A stretch of DNA of 62,192 bases, counting the filler, from an uncultured Planctomycetales bacterium (lineage in GTDB: Bacteria; Omnitrophota; Gorgyraeia; Gygaellales; Profunditerraquicolaceae), in NCBI GenBank assembly GCA_964487475.1. It is 4 parts of 4 records of this genome, joined end to end, with 100 filler letters (N's around TTAATTAATTAA, not from the genome) between each part and the next. Parts side by side here need not be neighbours in the genome. Positions count along the whole stretch, not along the records: positions 1 to 13,800 come from CAZAPM010000011.1; positions 13,901 to 26,186 come from CAZAPM010000012.1; 2 more parts are not named here. The stretch is one strand, 5' to 3'. Position numbers and translations under genes: made by a program. The notes under the pieces are model-generated. The model was given only the letters and a program-made list of their open reading frames with translations, had not been told where the DNA came from and searched no databases. Every line of letters starts with the position of its first letter. Positions within the stretch are counted from its first letter, which is position 1. Positions 9,533 to 19,415 of this stretch are shown here, piece by piece.

Positions 9533-10576
9533 GTGTCATCTGAAGGATCGACTTCTGTGGTCTCGCCGCTGTGGCAGCAGCATCAGGATATCATCGCCTG
9601 CCCCAAGTGTGCGGGACAGATGCAGTTATCCCCGGACAGAAATACGCTGGGGTGCCTGCAATGCCGGCAGGAGTATCCTTTCCAGGAGGGCGTCCCACGG
9701 CTATTCTGGTCAAACGACTGGAAGGATTCGCGCAAGGACGTGACGGAGACCATGCGCTCCTTTTACGAAAGGACTCCGTTCCCGAATTACGACGATATCG
9801 ATTCGCGCTGGAGCCTGCGGGAGAAGGCGGGCAAGGGGCTTTTCGCGTCCCTGCTTGACGATCAGATTCCCCATGGCGCGCGCGTGCTGGAAGCCGGCTG
9901 CGGCACCGGGAAGCTGAGCAATTTTTTAGGGATGACGCACGGCCGCACGGTGTTTGCCGCCGATATGTGCCTGAACTCTTTGGCGCTGGCGCACGGTTTT
10001 AAGTCCGGCAACGGGATCGAGAACACCGCGTTCCTGCAGATGAACCTTTTCCGCCCGGCGTTTCGGCCGGAAAGTTTCGACCTGGTGATCAGTAACGGCG
10101 TACTGCATCACACCAGCGACCCGAAGCTCGGGTTCCGGTCGATCGCGAAGCTGGTGAAGAAGGGCGGCTTTATCATCGTGGGGCTGTATAACTCCTTCGG
10201 CCGGATCCCGACCTATGCGACCAGGGCGATGCTGGCGCTTACCCGGGACAGGGTGCGCGGGCTCGATCCGAAACTGCGGACGCCGCAGGGGGGAGCCGCG
10301 AGGAAGCAGGCCTGGTTCATGGACCAGTATAAGAACCCGCATGAGTCGGCGCATACCATCGGCGAGGTGCTGCGCTGGTTCTCCGAAGAGGGGTTCGAGT
10401 TCATGAACAGCGTGCCTAAGTCGAGAATGTTCGAGCACTTTGCGCCGGACGAGCAGCTTTTTACCCCGCATCAGGCGGGAGGCAGGGTGGACCACTTTTT
10501 TATCCAGCTCCAGATGCTCTTGAGCGGCGGAGCGGACGGGGGTCTGTTCGTGATGATAGGCAGGAAGAAGGCATGA
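9533..10576 (+). CDS. Trm112-like zinc ribbon fused to a class I SAM methyltransferase
   Basis: CPKC..CLQC..YPFQEGVP, then FYERTPFPNY, VLEAGCGTG, GVLHHT. Confidence 0.85.
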   Translation: MSSEGSTSVVSPLWQQHQDIIACPKCAGQMQLSPDRNTLGCLQCRQEYPFQEGVPRLFWSNDWKDSRKDVTETMRSFYERTPFPNYDDIDSRWSLREKAGKGLFASLLDDQIPHGARVLEAGCGTGKLSNFLGMTHGRTVFAADMCLNSLALAHGFKSGNGIENTAFLQMNLFRPAFRPESFDLVISNGVLHHTSDPKLGFRSIAKLVKKGGFIIVGLYNSFGRIPTYATRAMLALTRDRVRGLDPKLRTPQGGAARKQAWFMDQYKNPHESAHTIGEVLRWFSEEGFEFMNSVPKSRMFEHFAPDEQLFTPHQAGGRVDHFFIQLQMLLSGGADGGLFVMIGRKKA

Positions 10577-10627
10577 TCTTAGCGGGCGGGAATTCGCGCG
10601 GGCAGCAGAGCATAAAAGGAGGAACGC

Positions 10628-11083
10628 ATGCGTAAAGTGGCAGCGGGAGCGTTGTTGGCGGCGTTGGTGTGCGGTACAACCGCGGCGTTTGCCGGGCAGA
10701 TGGCGGCCTCGGAAGCGGCGAGCTATTTCAAGGAAGGCGTCGAGGCCCAGAAGAAAGAGAAGTTCACCAATGTGATCATGTCCTATCAGAAGACCATGCT
10801 GGTCGCTCCGAGCAACCAGACCTTCGAGAAGTCCATTGCCAATAACCTGGGGATCATGTATGCCCAGCAGGGGGATATCGACCGGGCGGAACTCCTTTTT
10901 AAGGAAGCCCTTAAGATCGACCCGAATTACCAGGCTGCCCAGTATAATCTCGGCCTTATCCTTGACCGCCGGCCGGACAAGCTCAAGGCGCTGGAGTACT
11001 GGCTCAAGGTCCTCAAGATCGACCTGAATGCCCTCAAGCCGAAGAACTTCCAGCTGGAGCAGGAAGGCGAAGCCAAACCGTAA
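10628..11083 (+). CDS. Secreted TPR protein
   Basis: Signal peptide ending AFA; NNLGIMY..ALKIDPNY..AQYNLG TPR pattern; AGGAGG RBS. Confidence 0.8.
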   Translation: MRKVAAGALLAALVCGTTAAFAGQMAASEAASYFKEGVEAQKKEKFTNVIMSYQKTMLVAPSNQTFEKSIANNLGIMYAQQGDIDRAELLFKEALKIDPNYQAAQYNLGLILDRRPDKLKALEYWLKVLKIDLNALKPKNFQLEQEGEAKP

Positions 11084-11093
11084 GTGCTGTATC

Positions 11094-11170
<77 letters not shown>

Positions 11171-11198
11171 TTTCCCGATGGAGGGAGTCCCCGCCTTT

Positions 11199-12185
11199 AT
11201 GCGCTTCGCGTTTTTTCTTTTTATCGCGTTGCTGTGCGTTCCGGTGCAGGGTTCCTGCGCCCGGGTATCCTATCAGGTGACACACCGCTATACGCTGAAG
11301 GCATTGGATGATCTTTATACCCTGCAGCTGAAATTCCCGGTCGTGAGAAAGGATTTTCCCGGCCAGACTATCCGCAACTTCACCATCAGCCCTTCGCCCA
11401 GCGCTACGGTCAAAGATCCCAGCGGCAACGAGATCGCGGTGTTCTATTTCTCCAATGTCAAGTCAGGCGGGGTAAAGATCGTGCAGATGCAGTATGTGGT
11501 GGATAAGGAGCTCCCCGAGGCCGTTGACCCGGGATCGGTGCCGGATGAATATGACGGTTCGATCGCGGCGATGAGCCAGTTCCTGGGAAAGGAAGGGGAC
11601 GTGGATCCCGACCAGCCGAAGATCCGGGAAGCGGCGCGGGAGATCTGCGGCACGCGCACCAATCCCTACCAGAAAGCCAAGGCCTTATATGATTTCATCG
11701 CGGGAAGGTTCACCTATCGCAACGATGAGGACGGAGGTTCGGGCTTGCAGCATCCCTGGGAGACTCTGACGATGCGGCAGGGAAATTGCGCGGATATCAC
11801 CAAGCTATTCCTGGCGCTGTGCCGGGCCAGCGGCATTCCCTGCCGGCAGGTGGATGGGACGGTGTTCGAGGCGCCAAAGGGAGAGAGGGTGTTCACGGTC
11901 GATTGCGGGCATGCGTGGGTGGAGGTTTACCTGCCTGCAGTGGGATGGAGGGAGATCGATCCGACCTTTGCGCTGACCGCGCCGGTGCGCGACGAGTATT
12001 TCTGTTTTATTCCCTCCCGGCATATCAAGGAGTATCACGGCCAGCTGGTTGCCCGTTCCCTGGGGACACTGTATAAGGGCAGCACGATCGAGGTGCGTAC
12101 CATGACGCAGCACCGCAAAGCCCCGGTCAGCCGCGGGCTTTCCATAGAGATCAGGAGGATCGATGTCCCGGTCCCTCTCCCGTAG
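11199..12185 (+). CDS. Secreted transglutaminase-like domain protein
   Basis: GNCADIT (Cys), GHAWVEVY (His), IDPT (Asp); ATG at 11199 follows a GGAGGGA RBS; signal peptide. Confidence 0.85.
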   Translation: MRFAFFLFIALLCVPVQGSCARVSYQVTHRYTLKALDDLYTLQLKFPVVRKDFPGQTIRNFTISPSPSATVKDPSGNEIAVFYFSNVKSGGVKIVQMQYVVDKELPEAVDPGSVPDEYDGSIAAMSQFLGKEGDVDPDQPKIREAAREICGTRTNPYQKAKALYDFIAGRFTYRNDEDGGSGLQHPWETLTMRQGNCADITKLFLALCRASGIPCRQVDGTVFEAPKGERVFTVDCGHAWVEVYLPAVGWREIDPTFALTAPVRDEYFCFIPSRHIKEYHGQLVARSLGTLYKGSTIEVRTMTQHRKAPVSRGLSIEIRRIDVPVPLP

Positions 12186-13704
12186 CCTGCGCTCCTGGGA
12201 TTTCTGGGGAGTGCTGGTGCTCGTGGTGTTCGCCGGCCTGCAGCTCATCCAATGGGCCTTCCTTCCGCATTTCATGGATATTTATTACCACCTGGTCACC
12301 TCCTGGGGGTTTCTGGACGCAGGGGGGTATTCGGCGTGGGATTTCTGGCAGTATGCGCCTATCGGCCGGCCGCATTATTACCCGCCGCTGGTGCACGTCA
12401 TTTTCGCCGCCGGGCTGGGGGCGGGGATCGCGCCTATCCTGCTGGCCAAGATCGCGGAAGTGGTGATGCCGATCATTTTTTTGGCCGTGCTTTGGCGTTT
12501 CTGCCGCAGGCATGCGGGGGATGAGTATGCGTTCTGGGTGCTGGCAGCGGCATCCGCGTCTTTTCAGTTCTATCTTTCACTGGCTAATCATGTGCCGGCG
12601 ACCCTGGGGCTCGTGTTCGCGTTCTTTGCGGTTGACGCGCTGCTGCGCGGTTTTGCCCGCAGGGCGGCCTGGTGGCTGGCGCTTTGTTTTTATACTCATA
12701 TCGGGGTGGCCTGGTTCTTTGCGGCGGCGGGAATATGCTTTTATATCCTGCACAGGGAGTCGCGCCGTTCGATTGCAGAGGCGCTTCGGATCGCCGGTCT
12801 GTTGGCGCTTCCCATGATCCTGTGGGAGGGGGTGTTGAGCGTGAACCTTGCGTCCGTGGGTTTTGCGCTCAACGAGATATATACTTCGAAATTCAAGGTC
12901 TGGGAGTATCTTTTAGCAGCTGCCGGATGTTACTATGCCTGGCGCGCAGGCGCATTTGGCAGGATGCTCTTGAGCATCGCGTGTGCCAGCCTGGTGCTGC
13001 TGGTGTATCCTTACCGGTTCTTTTCCGGTGAGGGATATATTGCGGCGGCGCTTCTGGCAGGCTACGGGCTGCTGCGGATGCGGGCATTCTTATTCGCTGT
13101 CCGGGGGAAGGCGGCGGCTCGCGCTTTTGGCGCAGGGGTGGCCGTGATGCTATTCCTGGTGACTCCCACGGTCACGCTTGCCCCTAAATCCCAATTCTCC
13201 TGGGGAAAGCCTCAGATCGCGTTCGGGGATTCCTCCTTTATGGGGTTGATGTTAAGCCGCGCGGAATCTTTATGGTTCCCGCAGGAGTTCGAGGCGGCGG
13301 CAGCGTTAGTCCGGGAGCATGCGCGGCCGGGGGAAACGGTGCTCTCGACCCTGGACCCGGTAGGGCTGGCGCTGGGAGCCATGACCGCAAGGCCGACCGC
13401 GAACAGCCTGTTCCCCGAGGCTGCGGCGCTGCGCGTATTTGACGGATTCTCCACTTCCCGGGTGATCGTGTTCACTATCGAGGACCCTCAGGAGGCGGTG
13501 GCGCAGATAGTTGAGGAGTACGGACTGCGTTATGTAGGCAGGACCAAAGGTTTCCTGGTGTATGTGAACGACCGCACCTCCATGCCGCTTCCTGCGCACC
13601 GGGCCACGTTGCCGTGGTGGGCGATGGGGGCGGCGGCTGCGGCGATCGGGTTCCTGCTGCTTCGGGAAAAACACCCTTTACAGGGGGGTAAAGAGCGGGT
13701 ATAA
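12163..13704 (+). CDS. Multi-pass membrane protein, possible GT-C-fold glycosyltransferase
   Basis: Many TM helices; first external loop DIYYH...HYYPPLVH; soluble C-terminal region before a final TM helix. Confidence 0.55.
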   Translation: MSRSLSRSLRSWDFWGVLVLVVFAGLQLIQWAFLPHFMDIYYHLVTSWGFLDAGGYSAWDFWQYAPIGRPHYYPPLVHVIFAAGLGAGIAPILLAKIAEVVMPIIFLAVLWRFCRRHAGDEYAFWVLAAASASFQFYLSLANHVPATLGLVFAFFAVDALLRGFARRAAWWLALCFYTHIGVAWFFAAAGICFYILHRESRRSIAEALRIAGLLALPMILWEGVLSVNLASVGFALNEIYTSKFKVWEYLLAAAGCYYAWRAGAFGRMLLSIACASLVLLVYPYRFFSGEGYIAAALLAGYGLLRMRAFLFAVRGKAAARAFGAGVAVMLFLVTPTVTLAPKSQFSWGKPQIAFGDSSFMGLMLSRAESLWFPQEFEAAAALVREHARPGETVLSTLDPVGLALGAMTARPTANSLFPEAAALRVFDGFSTSRVIVFTIEDPQEAVAQIVEEYGLRYVGRTKGFLVYVNDRTSMPLPAHRATLPWWAMGAAAAAIGFLLLREKHPLQGGKERV

Positions 13705-13705
13705 T
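13677..13705 (+). promoter_or_regulatory. sigma70-type promoter for tRNA-His
   Basis: TTTACA-17 bp-TATAAT. Confidence 0.65.
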
Positions 13706-13722
13706 TTAGTTCCCTTTCCAAT

Positions 13723-13800
13723 GGTGGCCATAGCTCAATTGGTTAGAGCACTAGACTGTGGCTCTGGGGGTTGCGGGTTCGATTCCCGTTGGCCACCCCA
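13723..13800 (+). tRNA. tRNA-His(GUG) with encoded G-1 and CCA
   Basis: G-GTGGCCA...TGGCCAC-C-CCA; anticodon loop CTGTGGC. Confidence 0.97.
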
Positions 13801-13900
13801 NNNNNNNNNNNNNNNNNNNNNNNNNNNNNNNNNNNNNNNNNNNNTTAATTAATTAANNNNNNNNNNNNNNNNNNNNNNNNNNNNNNNNNNNNNNNNNNNN
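13801..13900. other. Artificial contig linker
   Basis: N44-TTAATTAATTAA-N44, stops in all six frames. Confidence 0.97.
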
Positions 13901-14988
13901 TTGCGGTCGACGATAAGCTGATAATGCGGCTGCGTGCCCTCGATACCCAGCAGCACATGTTCGATCTGGGAAGGGAAGACGTTGATGCCGCGCACGATGA
14001 TCATGTCATCGGTACGTCCGGAGATCTTGCTGATGCGCGGCGCGGTACGGCCGCACTTGCACTTCTCGTACGAGATGCTCACCACGTCGCGGGTGCGGTA
14101 ACGCAACAGCGGTATCCCCCGCTTGGTAAGCGTGGTGATGACCAGCTCTCCCTGCTCCCCTTCTTTGACCGGCGCCCCGGTCTTGGAATCGATGACCTCA
14201 GGGTAGAAGACATCCCACCAGATGTGCAGCCCTTTCTTATGCGGGCACTCCTGGGCGACCCCGGGGCCGATGATCTCGGAAAGGCCGTAGACGTCGGTGG
14301 CCAGCATGCTCCAGCGCGATTCGATCTCCCGCCGCATATGCTCGCTCCAAGGCTCGGCGCCGAAGATCCCCACCTGCCAGCTCGATTCCTTGGGGTTAAG
14401 CCCCATCTCCCTGGCCTCTTCGACCATATAAAGACAGTAACTGGGGGTGCACGCCAGGATGCGCGGCTTGAAATCATGCATGAGCTTCAATTGCCGCTTG
14501 GTCTGGCCGGAGGACATGGGAAGCACCGTCAACCCCAGGGTATGGGCGCCGTAATGGAACCCCAGCCCTCCGGTGAACAACCCGTACCCGTACGCGATCT
14601 GGATCATATCCCCAGGCTCTCCTCCGGCGCAAGCGATGGTACGCGCCATGACCTCCCCCCAGAGCTTGACATCCTCCCGGGTATACCCGACCACGGTGGG
14701 ATTACCGGTGGTGCCGCTGGACACATGGATCTCGGCGATCTTAGGGAGCGGCTGCGAAAAAAGGGAAAAGGGGTAATTATCCCGCATGTCCTCTTTGGTG
14801 GTAAAGGGGAGCTTGACGATATCGTCGATGGTGCGGATATCCTTCGGGGAGATGCCCCAGGCCGCGAGTTTTTTCGCGAACACCGGATTATGCCTGGACA
14901 CATAGCGCACCACCTCACGGAGCCGCTCGGATTGCAGGTTCCTGATGTTGCGGCCCGCCATGCACTCCATCTTCTCGTTCCAGATCAT
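13901..14988 (-). CDS. paaK: Phenylacetate-CoA ligase, 3' end cut by the contig end
   Basis: SSGTTGNP, YGYGLFTGGLG, YGLSEIIGPGVA, GRTDDMIIVRGINVFPSQIE. Confidence 0.92.
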
Positions 14989-14996
14989 ACTGCCTC

Positions 14997-15461
14997 CTAA
15001 ATGAACTCGTCCCGGGTCTTGGGATGCTGCAGGTAATAGATGGTGATGACTCCCACCAGAATGGAAAGGAATTTAAAAAGCACGAAGGGGCGCGTGGCCG
15101 GCTGCTGACCGAACAGCCAGAAGATCTCCAGGGAGATGAGCACTCCCAGGTACACCATCATCCCCACCCGCACCCATCTCTGCCGGAAAAGCAGCCCGAA
15201 GGCCAGGGCCAGCTGGACGATGCTCACCGCCAGCCAGCGGGATCCCAGAAAAAAACGGAGCTTTTCCTCCAGGAAGGAATCCAGTTCATCGACGGTATCG
15301 ATCCCGCGGACCTGGAACTTGTGCAGCTCGACGATCAGCGCCTTCTTCTCATCGGGAAGTTTCTTCAACACCGCCGTCCCCAACACCAGCGTATACGCAC
15401 ACACCACCGGAAGCACCAGCGCCGCAAACACCAGCTTAAGCCCAAAAGGGAAATACCTCAT
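14997..15461 (-). CDS. Hypothetical membrane protein (about 4 TM)
   Basis: Hydrophobic segments; sits between iorB and paaK; AAGGAG RBS. Confidence 0.65.
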   Translation of the reverse strand: MRYFPFGLKLVFAALVLPVVCAYTLVLGTAVLKKLPDEKKALIVELHKFQVRGIDTVDELDSFLEEKLRFFLGSRWLAVSIVQLALAFGLLFRQRWVRVGMMVYLGVLISLEIFWLFGQQPATRPFVLFKFLSILVGVITIYYLQHPKTRDEFI

Positions 15462-15464
15462 TGG

Positions 15465-15974
15465 CTACTCCTTCATGCCTAAAGCCCTGCCCTGTTGGAA
15501 CACCCGTACGTTCTCCTCCGGCTTCTTCCCGGAAAAGACCGTGTCGATCGCCTTACCCCAATGCGCCTCCCCGAGAGGCAGGGACGAAGAAAGCACTCCC
15601 AGGAGGAAGATATTGACGAAGCGCTTATCCGCCACCGTCCGTTCCGCCTGCGCCAGCGCATACAAAAGGTCCTTGCCGCCGGGACGCAAGAACTCCTTCA
15701 TCCTGGCCTGCTCATCGGGATGGAAGGATACCAGGAAATCCGCCTGCCCCTTGGGGATGAGCGGAGAGAACACCTCTTTCCCGAACCGCAGATGGGATTC
15801 CACCGACCCTCCCCGCTGGGCCATGCCGTGCACCTCGGATTTCTTCACGTGGTAACCCGCATACAGGGCTGCCCATCCGCACACCTCGGCCGCAGCCAGG
15901 ACCCCCTGGCCTCCGGTGCCGCAGAACAGAATGTTACACACGCTCCCCTTATTCCTTTTGACTGGTTTACGCAT
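15465..15974 (-). CDS. iorB: Indolepyruvate ferredoxin oxidoreductase, beta subunit
   Basis: GTGGQG, SEVHGMAQRGGSV. Confidence 0.92.
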   Translation of the reverse strand: MRKPVKRNKGSVCNILFCGTGGQGVLAAAEVCGWAALYAGYHVKKSEVHGMAQRGGSVESHLRFGKEVFSPLIPKGQADFLVSFHPDEQARMKEFLRPGGKDLLYALAQAERTVADKRFVNIFLLGVLSSSLPLGEAHWGKAIDTVFSGKKPEENVRVFQQGRALGMKE

Positions 15975-17697
15975 TTGGTTTTTCCAACGCCTGAAAAGGA
16001 CACGCCGATACGCACAAGGCGCACCCCGTGCACATCTGCGGATTGATCTCGATGTATTTATCCGGCAGCGCGGTCAACGCCGGACAGCTGATCTGCAGGC
16101 ACACGCCGCACTTTTTGCATGCCTGCCGGTTATACCGCGGCATGGGATCGCGCCTTCGCTCCAGAAGCCGGCAGGGAAAACGCGCAATGATCACGGATAA
16201 TGCATCCTCGCTCATCCTAAGTTTCACTAACGCTTCGAACTCCTTCGCCTGCAAAGGATTGGCCACGTCCACATGATCGGCGCCCGCCACCCGGCAGACC
16301 TCCTCTAAGTTAAGCGTCTTGGTAGGCATCCCCTTGATGGTAACCCCGGTGCCGGGATGCGGCTGGTTCCCGGTCATGGCGGTAGTGGCGTTATCCATGA
16401 TGATGATAAGGCCCTTGGTATGGTTGTATGCGGCGTTGATCAATCCGGTGATCCCGGAATGCACAAAAGTGGAATCCCCGATGACGCCGACCACGTCCTT
16501 CACCCCGGCCTTTGCGAACCCCTCGAAAAAGGTGATCCCGGTGCCCATGCACAGACAGGTATGCAGACTGCTCAACGGCTGCAGGGCGCCTAAGGTATAA
16601 CATCCGATATCCCCTGTCACCACGGCTTTGAGCTTCTTTAACGCCCAGAACGCGGGGCGGTGGGGGCATCCCGGGCACATCACGGGTTTGCGGCTCGTAG
16701 GAGGAAGCTCTTCCTTCTCCTTCTTCCTGACGATGTTAGGGATAAGCTCCGGCCGGAGTTCGCCGATACGGTAACTGGGGTGCTTGGCCTTATGCGGTAT
16801 CCCCAGCCTGGAGAGCTCCTCCTCCAGAAATGGCTCCAGCTCCTCCAGCACGAACACTTCCTTCACCTTCCGAGAGAACTCGCGGATCTTCGCCTCGGGG
16901 AAGGGATAGCTCATCCCTAATTTAAGGAAAGACGCATCCGGGAACATCTCCTTCGCATAAAGGTACGCGACGCTGCCGGTGATGAAACCGATCTTGCGGC
17001 TGTTAAGCTCCATGCGGTTAAGGGGCGTCTTCTCGGAAAAAGCCTTGAGCCTCAGCATCCGGCGCTCCAGCTCGATGTGGCGCAGGTACGCATTCCGCGG
17101 CACCATGACATATTTCGGGATATTGATCTCGAAAGCCTTCTCCGGCGCCGGAAGGCGGTCGCCTACGGCCACGTTCTCCTTGGTGTGGGAGATACGCGTG
17201 GTCAGGCGGATCAACACGGGAGTATCGTACGTTTCGCTGAGGGAATATGCGGATGCCACGAACGCTTTTGACTCCGCCGGGCTGGAAGGCTCCAGCAAGG
17301 GTAGGTGCGCCACCCTCGCAAAAAGCCGGTTATCCTGTTCGTTCTGGGAGGAGTGGATCCCGGGATCATCCGCGGTAACGATGATGAACCCGGCGTTGGC
17401 CCCCACATACGCCGAGGTCATCAACGGGTCCATGGCCACGTTGACCCCCACATGCTTGGCGCTGAAAAGGGACCTGGCTCCGGCAACGGATGCGCCGTAC
17501 GCTACCTCAAAGGCGACCTTTTCATTGGCCGACCACTGGGCGTTTACCTCGGGATAGCGGGCGAGGCACTCCATGATCTCGGTCGCCGGTGTTCCGGGAT
17601 AGGAAGCCGCGACCCTGATGCCGTTCTCGAACGCTCCCCGGGCAAGAGCTTCGTCACCCGAAAGCAGTTGTACGTCTAAAGAGGGGCTTTTTCGCAT
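15967..17697 (-). CDS. iorA: Indolepyruvate ferredoxin oxidoreductase, alpha subunit
   Basis: YPGTP, NEKVA, KHVG, SSQNEQD, CPGCPH, GDIGC, GDSTF, C-terminal ferredoxin motifs. Confidence 0.95.
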   Translation of the reverse strand: MRKSPSLDVQLLSGDEALARGAFENGIRVAASYPGTPATEIMECLARYPEVNAQWSANEKVAFEVAYGASVAGARSLFSAKHVGVNVAMDPLMTSAYVGANAGFIIVTADDPGIHSSQNEQDNRLFARVAHLPLLEPSSPAESKAFVASAYSLSETYDTPVLIRLTTRISHTKENVAVGDRLPAPEKAFEINIPKYVMVPRNAYLRHIELERRMLRLKAFSEKTPLNRMELNSRKIGFITGSVAYLYAKEMFPDASFLKLGMSYPFPEAKIREFSRKVKEVFVLEELEPFLEEELSRLGIPHKAKHPSYRIGELRPELIPNIVRKKEKEELPPTSRKPVMCPGCPHRPAFWALKKLKAVVTGDIGCYTLGALQPLSSLHTCLCMGTGITFFEGFAKAGVKDVVGVIGDSTFVHSGITGLINAAYNHTKGLIIIMDNATTAMTGNQPHPGTGVTIKGMPTKTLNLEEVCRVAGADHVDVANPLQAKEFEALVKLRMSEDALSVIIARFPCRLLERRRDPMPRYNRQACKKCGVCLQISCPALTALPDKYIEINPQMCTGCALCVSACPFQALEKPNA

Positions 17698-17882
17698 AGC
17701 TCTTTTATTATATCCATTTTTTTTGATTTATCAACCATTCAATAGGCCTCTTTTAACCGAGTAATTTGCCTTGCCACAGGGATGAAAATGTAATAGAATT
17801 AATGGGTAAAGAATACCTCCCCCTTTATTCCTCCGCACCAGGAAACCTGAAGGGATTATTCCTCTGTAGAAAGGAAATTGCC

Positions 17883-19415
17883 GTGCGTGCCGCAATCATT
17901 GATATCGGTTCCCGCTCTACCAAACTGCTTATCGGAGAGACCGCGAAGGAGGATATCGCGCTCATCGAATCCCTTAAGAACACCACCCCTATCGCCCATG
18001 ACACCTTCCTCAAGGAGCGGATATCCCAGGAGACCATCACCCAGACCGTAGCCATCCTGGAAAAGTACAAAAAAGTGCTCAAGGACTACGAGATCAGCGA
18101 GGTCAAGGTCTTCGCCACCACGGCAGTGCGCGAAGCCAGGAACCGGGACATATTCGTGGATGCGGTGCTGCGCAAGACCGGCCTGGAGATCGAGATATTG
18201 ACCGTAGGCGACATCGTCTATTATATCGACGCCTACCTTTCCCATAAGCTCAAGGATTCCTACCCTATCCATGAAAAGAACCTGCTCATCGCGGAGCTCG
18301 GCTCGGGGAGCCTGGACATCTCGGTGATGGAGCAGGGCTTTACCTTGATGAACCTAGGGTTGCCGATAGGGACGCTGCGCCTTAAACAGACCATCTCCCG
18401 CTTTAACGGCAGCCTGGAAGAGGTGTTCCAGGCCACCCAGGAGTACCTCGCCAACGAATTCTCCTATGTGCAGCGCATGCTTCCCAACATCATCATCGAC
18501 GATATCATGCTTATCGACGAGAATTACTCCTCCTTCCTGCCCAACATCATCGGCTCCAAGAAGACCGAAGGGCACCTTTTCACCCTGACCCTGGAGGACA
18601 CGAAAAAACTGCTGGAGACCCTGGCCGGGCGCACTCCGGAGGAGATCTCCCGCTCTTTCAGGATCCCTCTTGATGCGGCGGAGACCATCACCGGATATGC
18701 GGTCATGCTCAACCTCTTCTGCACCCTGGCCCGCAACCAGCAAATATACACCCTGGAGACCTCTTTAGCGGAAGCAGTGCTGGCGCACACCCTGCTGGAG
18801 CTGGAAACCTCAAAAAAATACAACAAGACCAACCAGCTGATATCGGTCGCCCGCAACATATGCCGCAAATACAACATGGACCTGGCCCACTCCCAGTACG
18901 TCGCGGGGATCAGCGAAACCCTCTTCTCTTCACTCAAGGAACACCTGGGCCTCAAAAAAGACGCCCTGCTCTACCTTTTGCTGGCATCCTACCTGCACGA
19001 TATCGGGATGTTCATCCACAACCGGGCGCACCACAAACACAGCGAATACATCATCAGCTCCCTCAACCTCTTCCGCCTGACCGATCTGGAGATCAAGATC
19101 ATCGCCGCCATCGCGCGGTATCACCGCAAAGCGCCTCCGTCCGAGATGCACCTCATCTACGGCTCTCTTCCCACGGATAAGCAGATACTGGTGCAGAAGT
19201 TAAGCGCCCTGCTGCGCATCGCCAACTCCCTCGACCATTCGCACGCCCAGAAAGTGACCAAACTCGAGGTCAAGATCAACCAAAACCAGAGCATCCTCTT
19301 GACCGCCTACTCCCAGGGAAACTGCATCCTGGAGCAGGATGATTTCCAGGACAAAAAAGCGCTTTTCGAGGAGATCACCGGCAGTAAGATCAGCCTCGTG
19401 CTTAAAGGAGCATGA
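17883..19415 (+). CDS. ppx: Ppx/GppA-family protein with C-terminal HD domain; catalytic motifs altered
   Basis: IDIGS, ATTAVREARN, ELGSGS, LHDIG..HHKHS; GTG start after an AAGGA RBS; upstream of ppk1. Confidence 0.85.
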   Translation: MRAAIIDIGSRSTKLLIGETAKEDIALIESLKNTTPIAHDTFLKERISQETITQTVAILEKYKKVLKDYEISEVKVFATTAVREARNRDIFVDAVLRKTGLEIEILTVGDIVYYIDAYLSHKLKDSYPIHEKNLLIAELGSGSLDISVMEQGFTLMNLGLPIGTLRLKQTISRFNGSLEEVFQATQEYLANEFSYVQRMLPNIIIDDIMLIDENYSSFLPNIIGSKKTEGHLFTLTLEDTKKLLETLAGRTPEEISRSFRIPLDAAETITGYAVMLNLFCTLARNQQIYTLETSLAEAVLAHTLLELETSKKYNKTNQLISVARNICRKYNMDLAHSQYVAGISETLFSSLKEHLGLKKDALLYLLLASYLHDIGMFIHNRAHHKHSEYIISSLNLFRLTDLEIKIIAAIARYHRKAPPSEMHLIYGSLPTDKQILVQKLSALLRIANSLDHSHAQKVTKLEVKINQNQSILLTAYSQGNCILEQDDFQDKKALFEEITGSKISLVLKGA

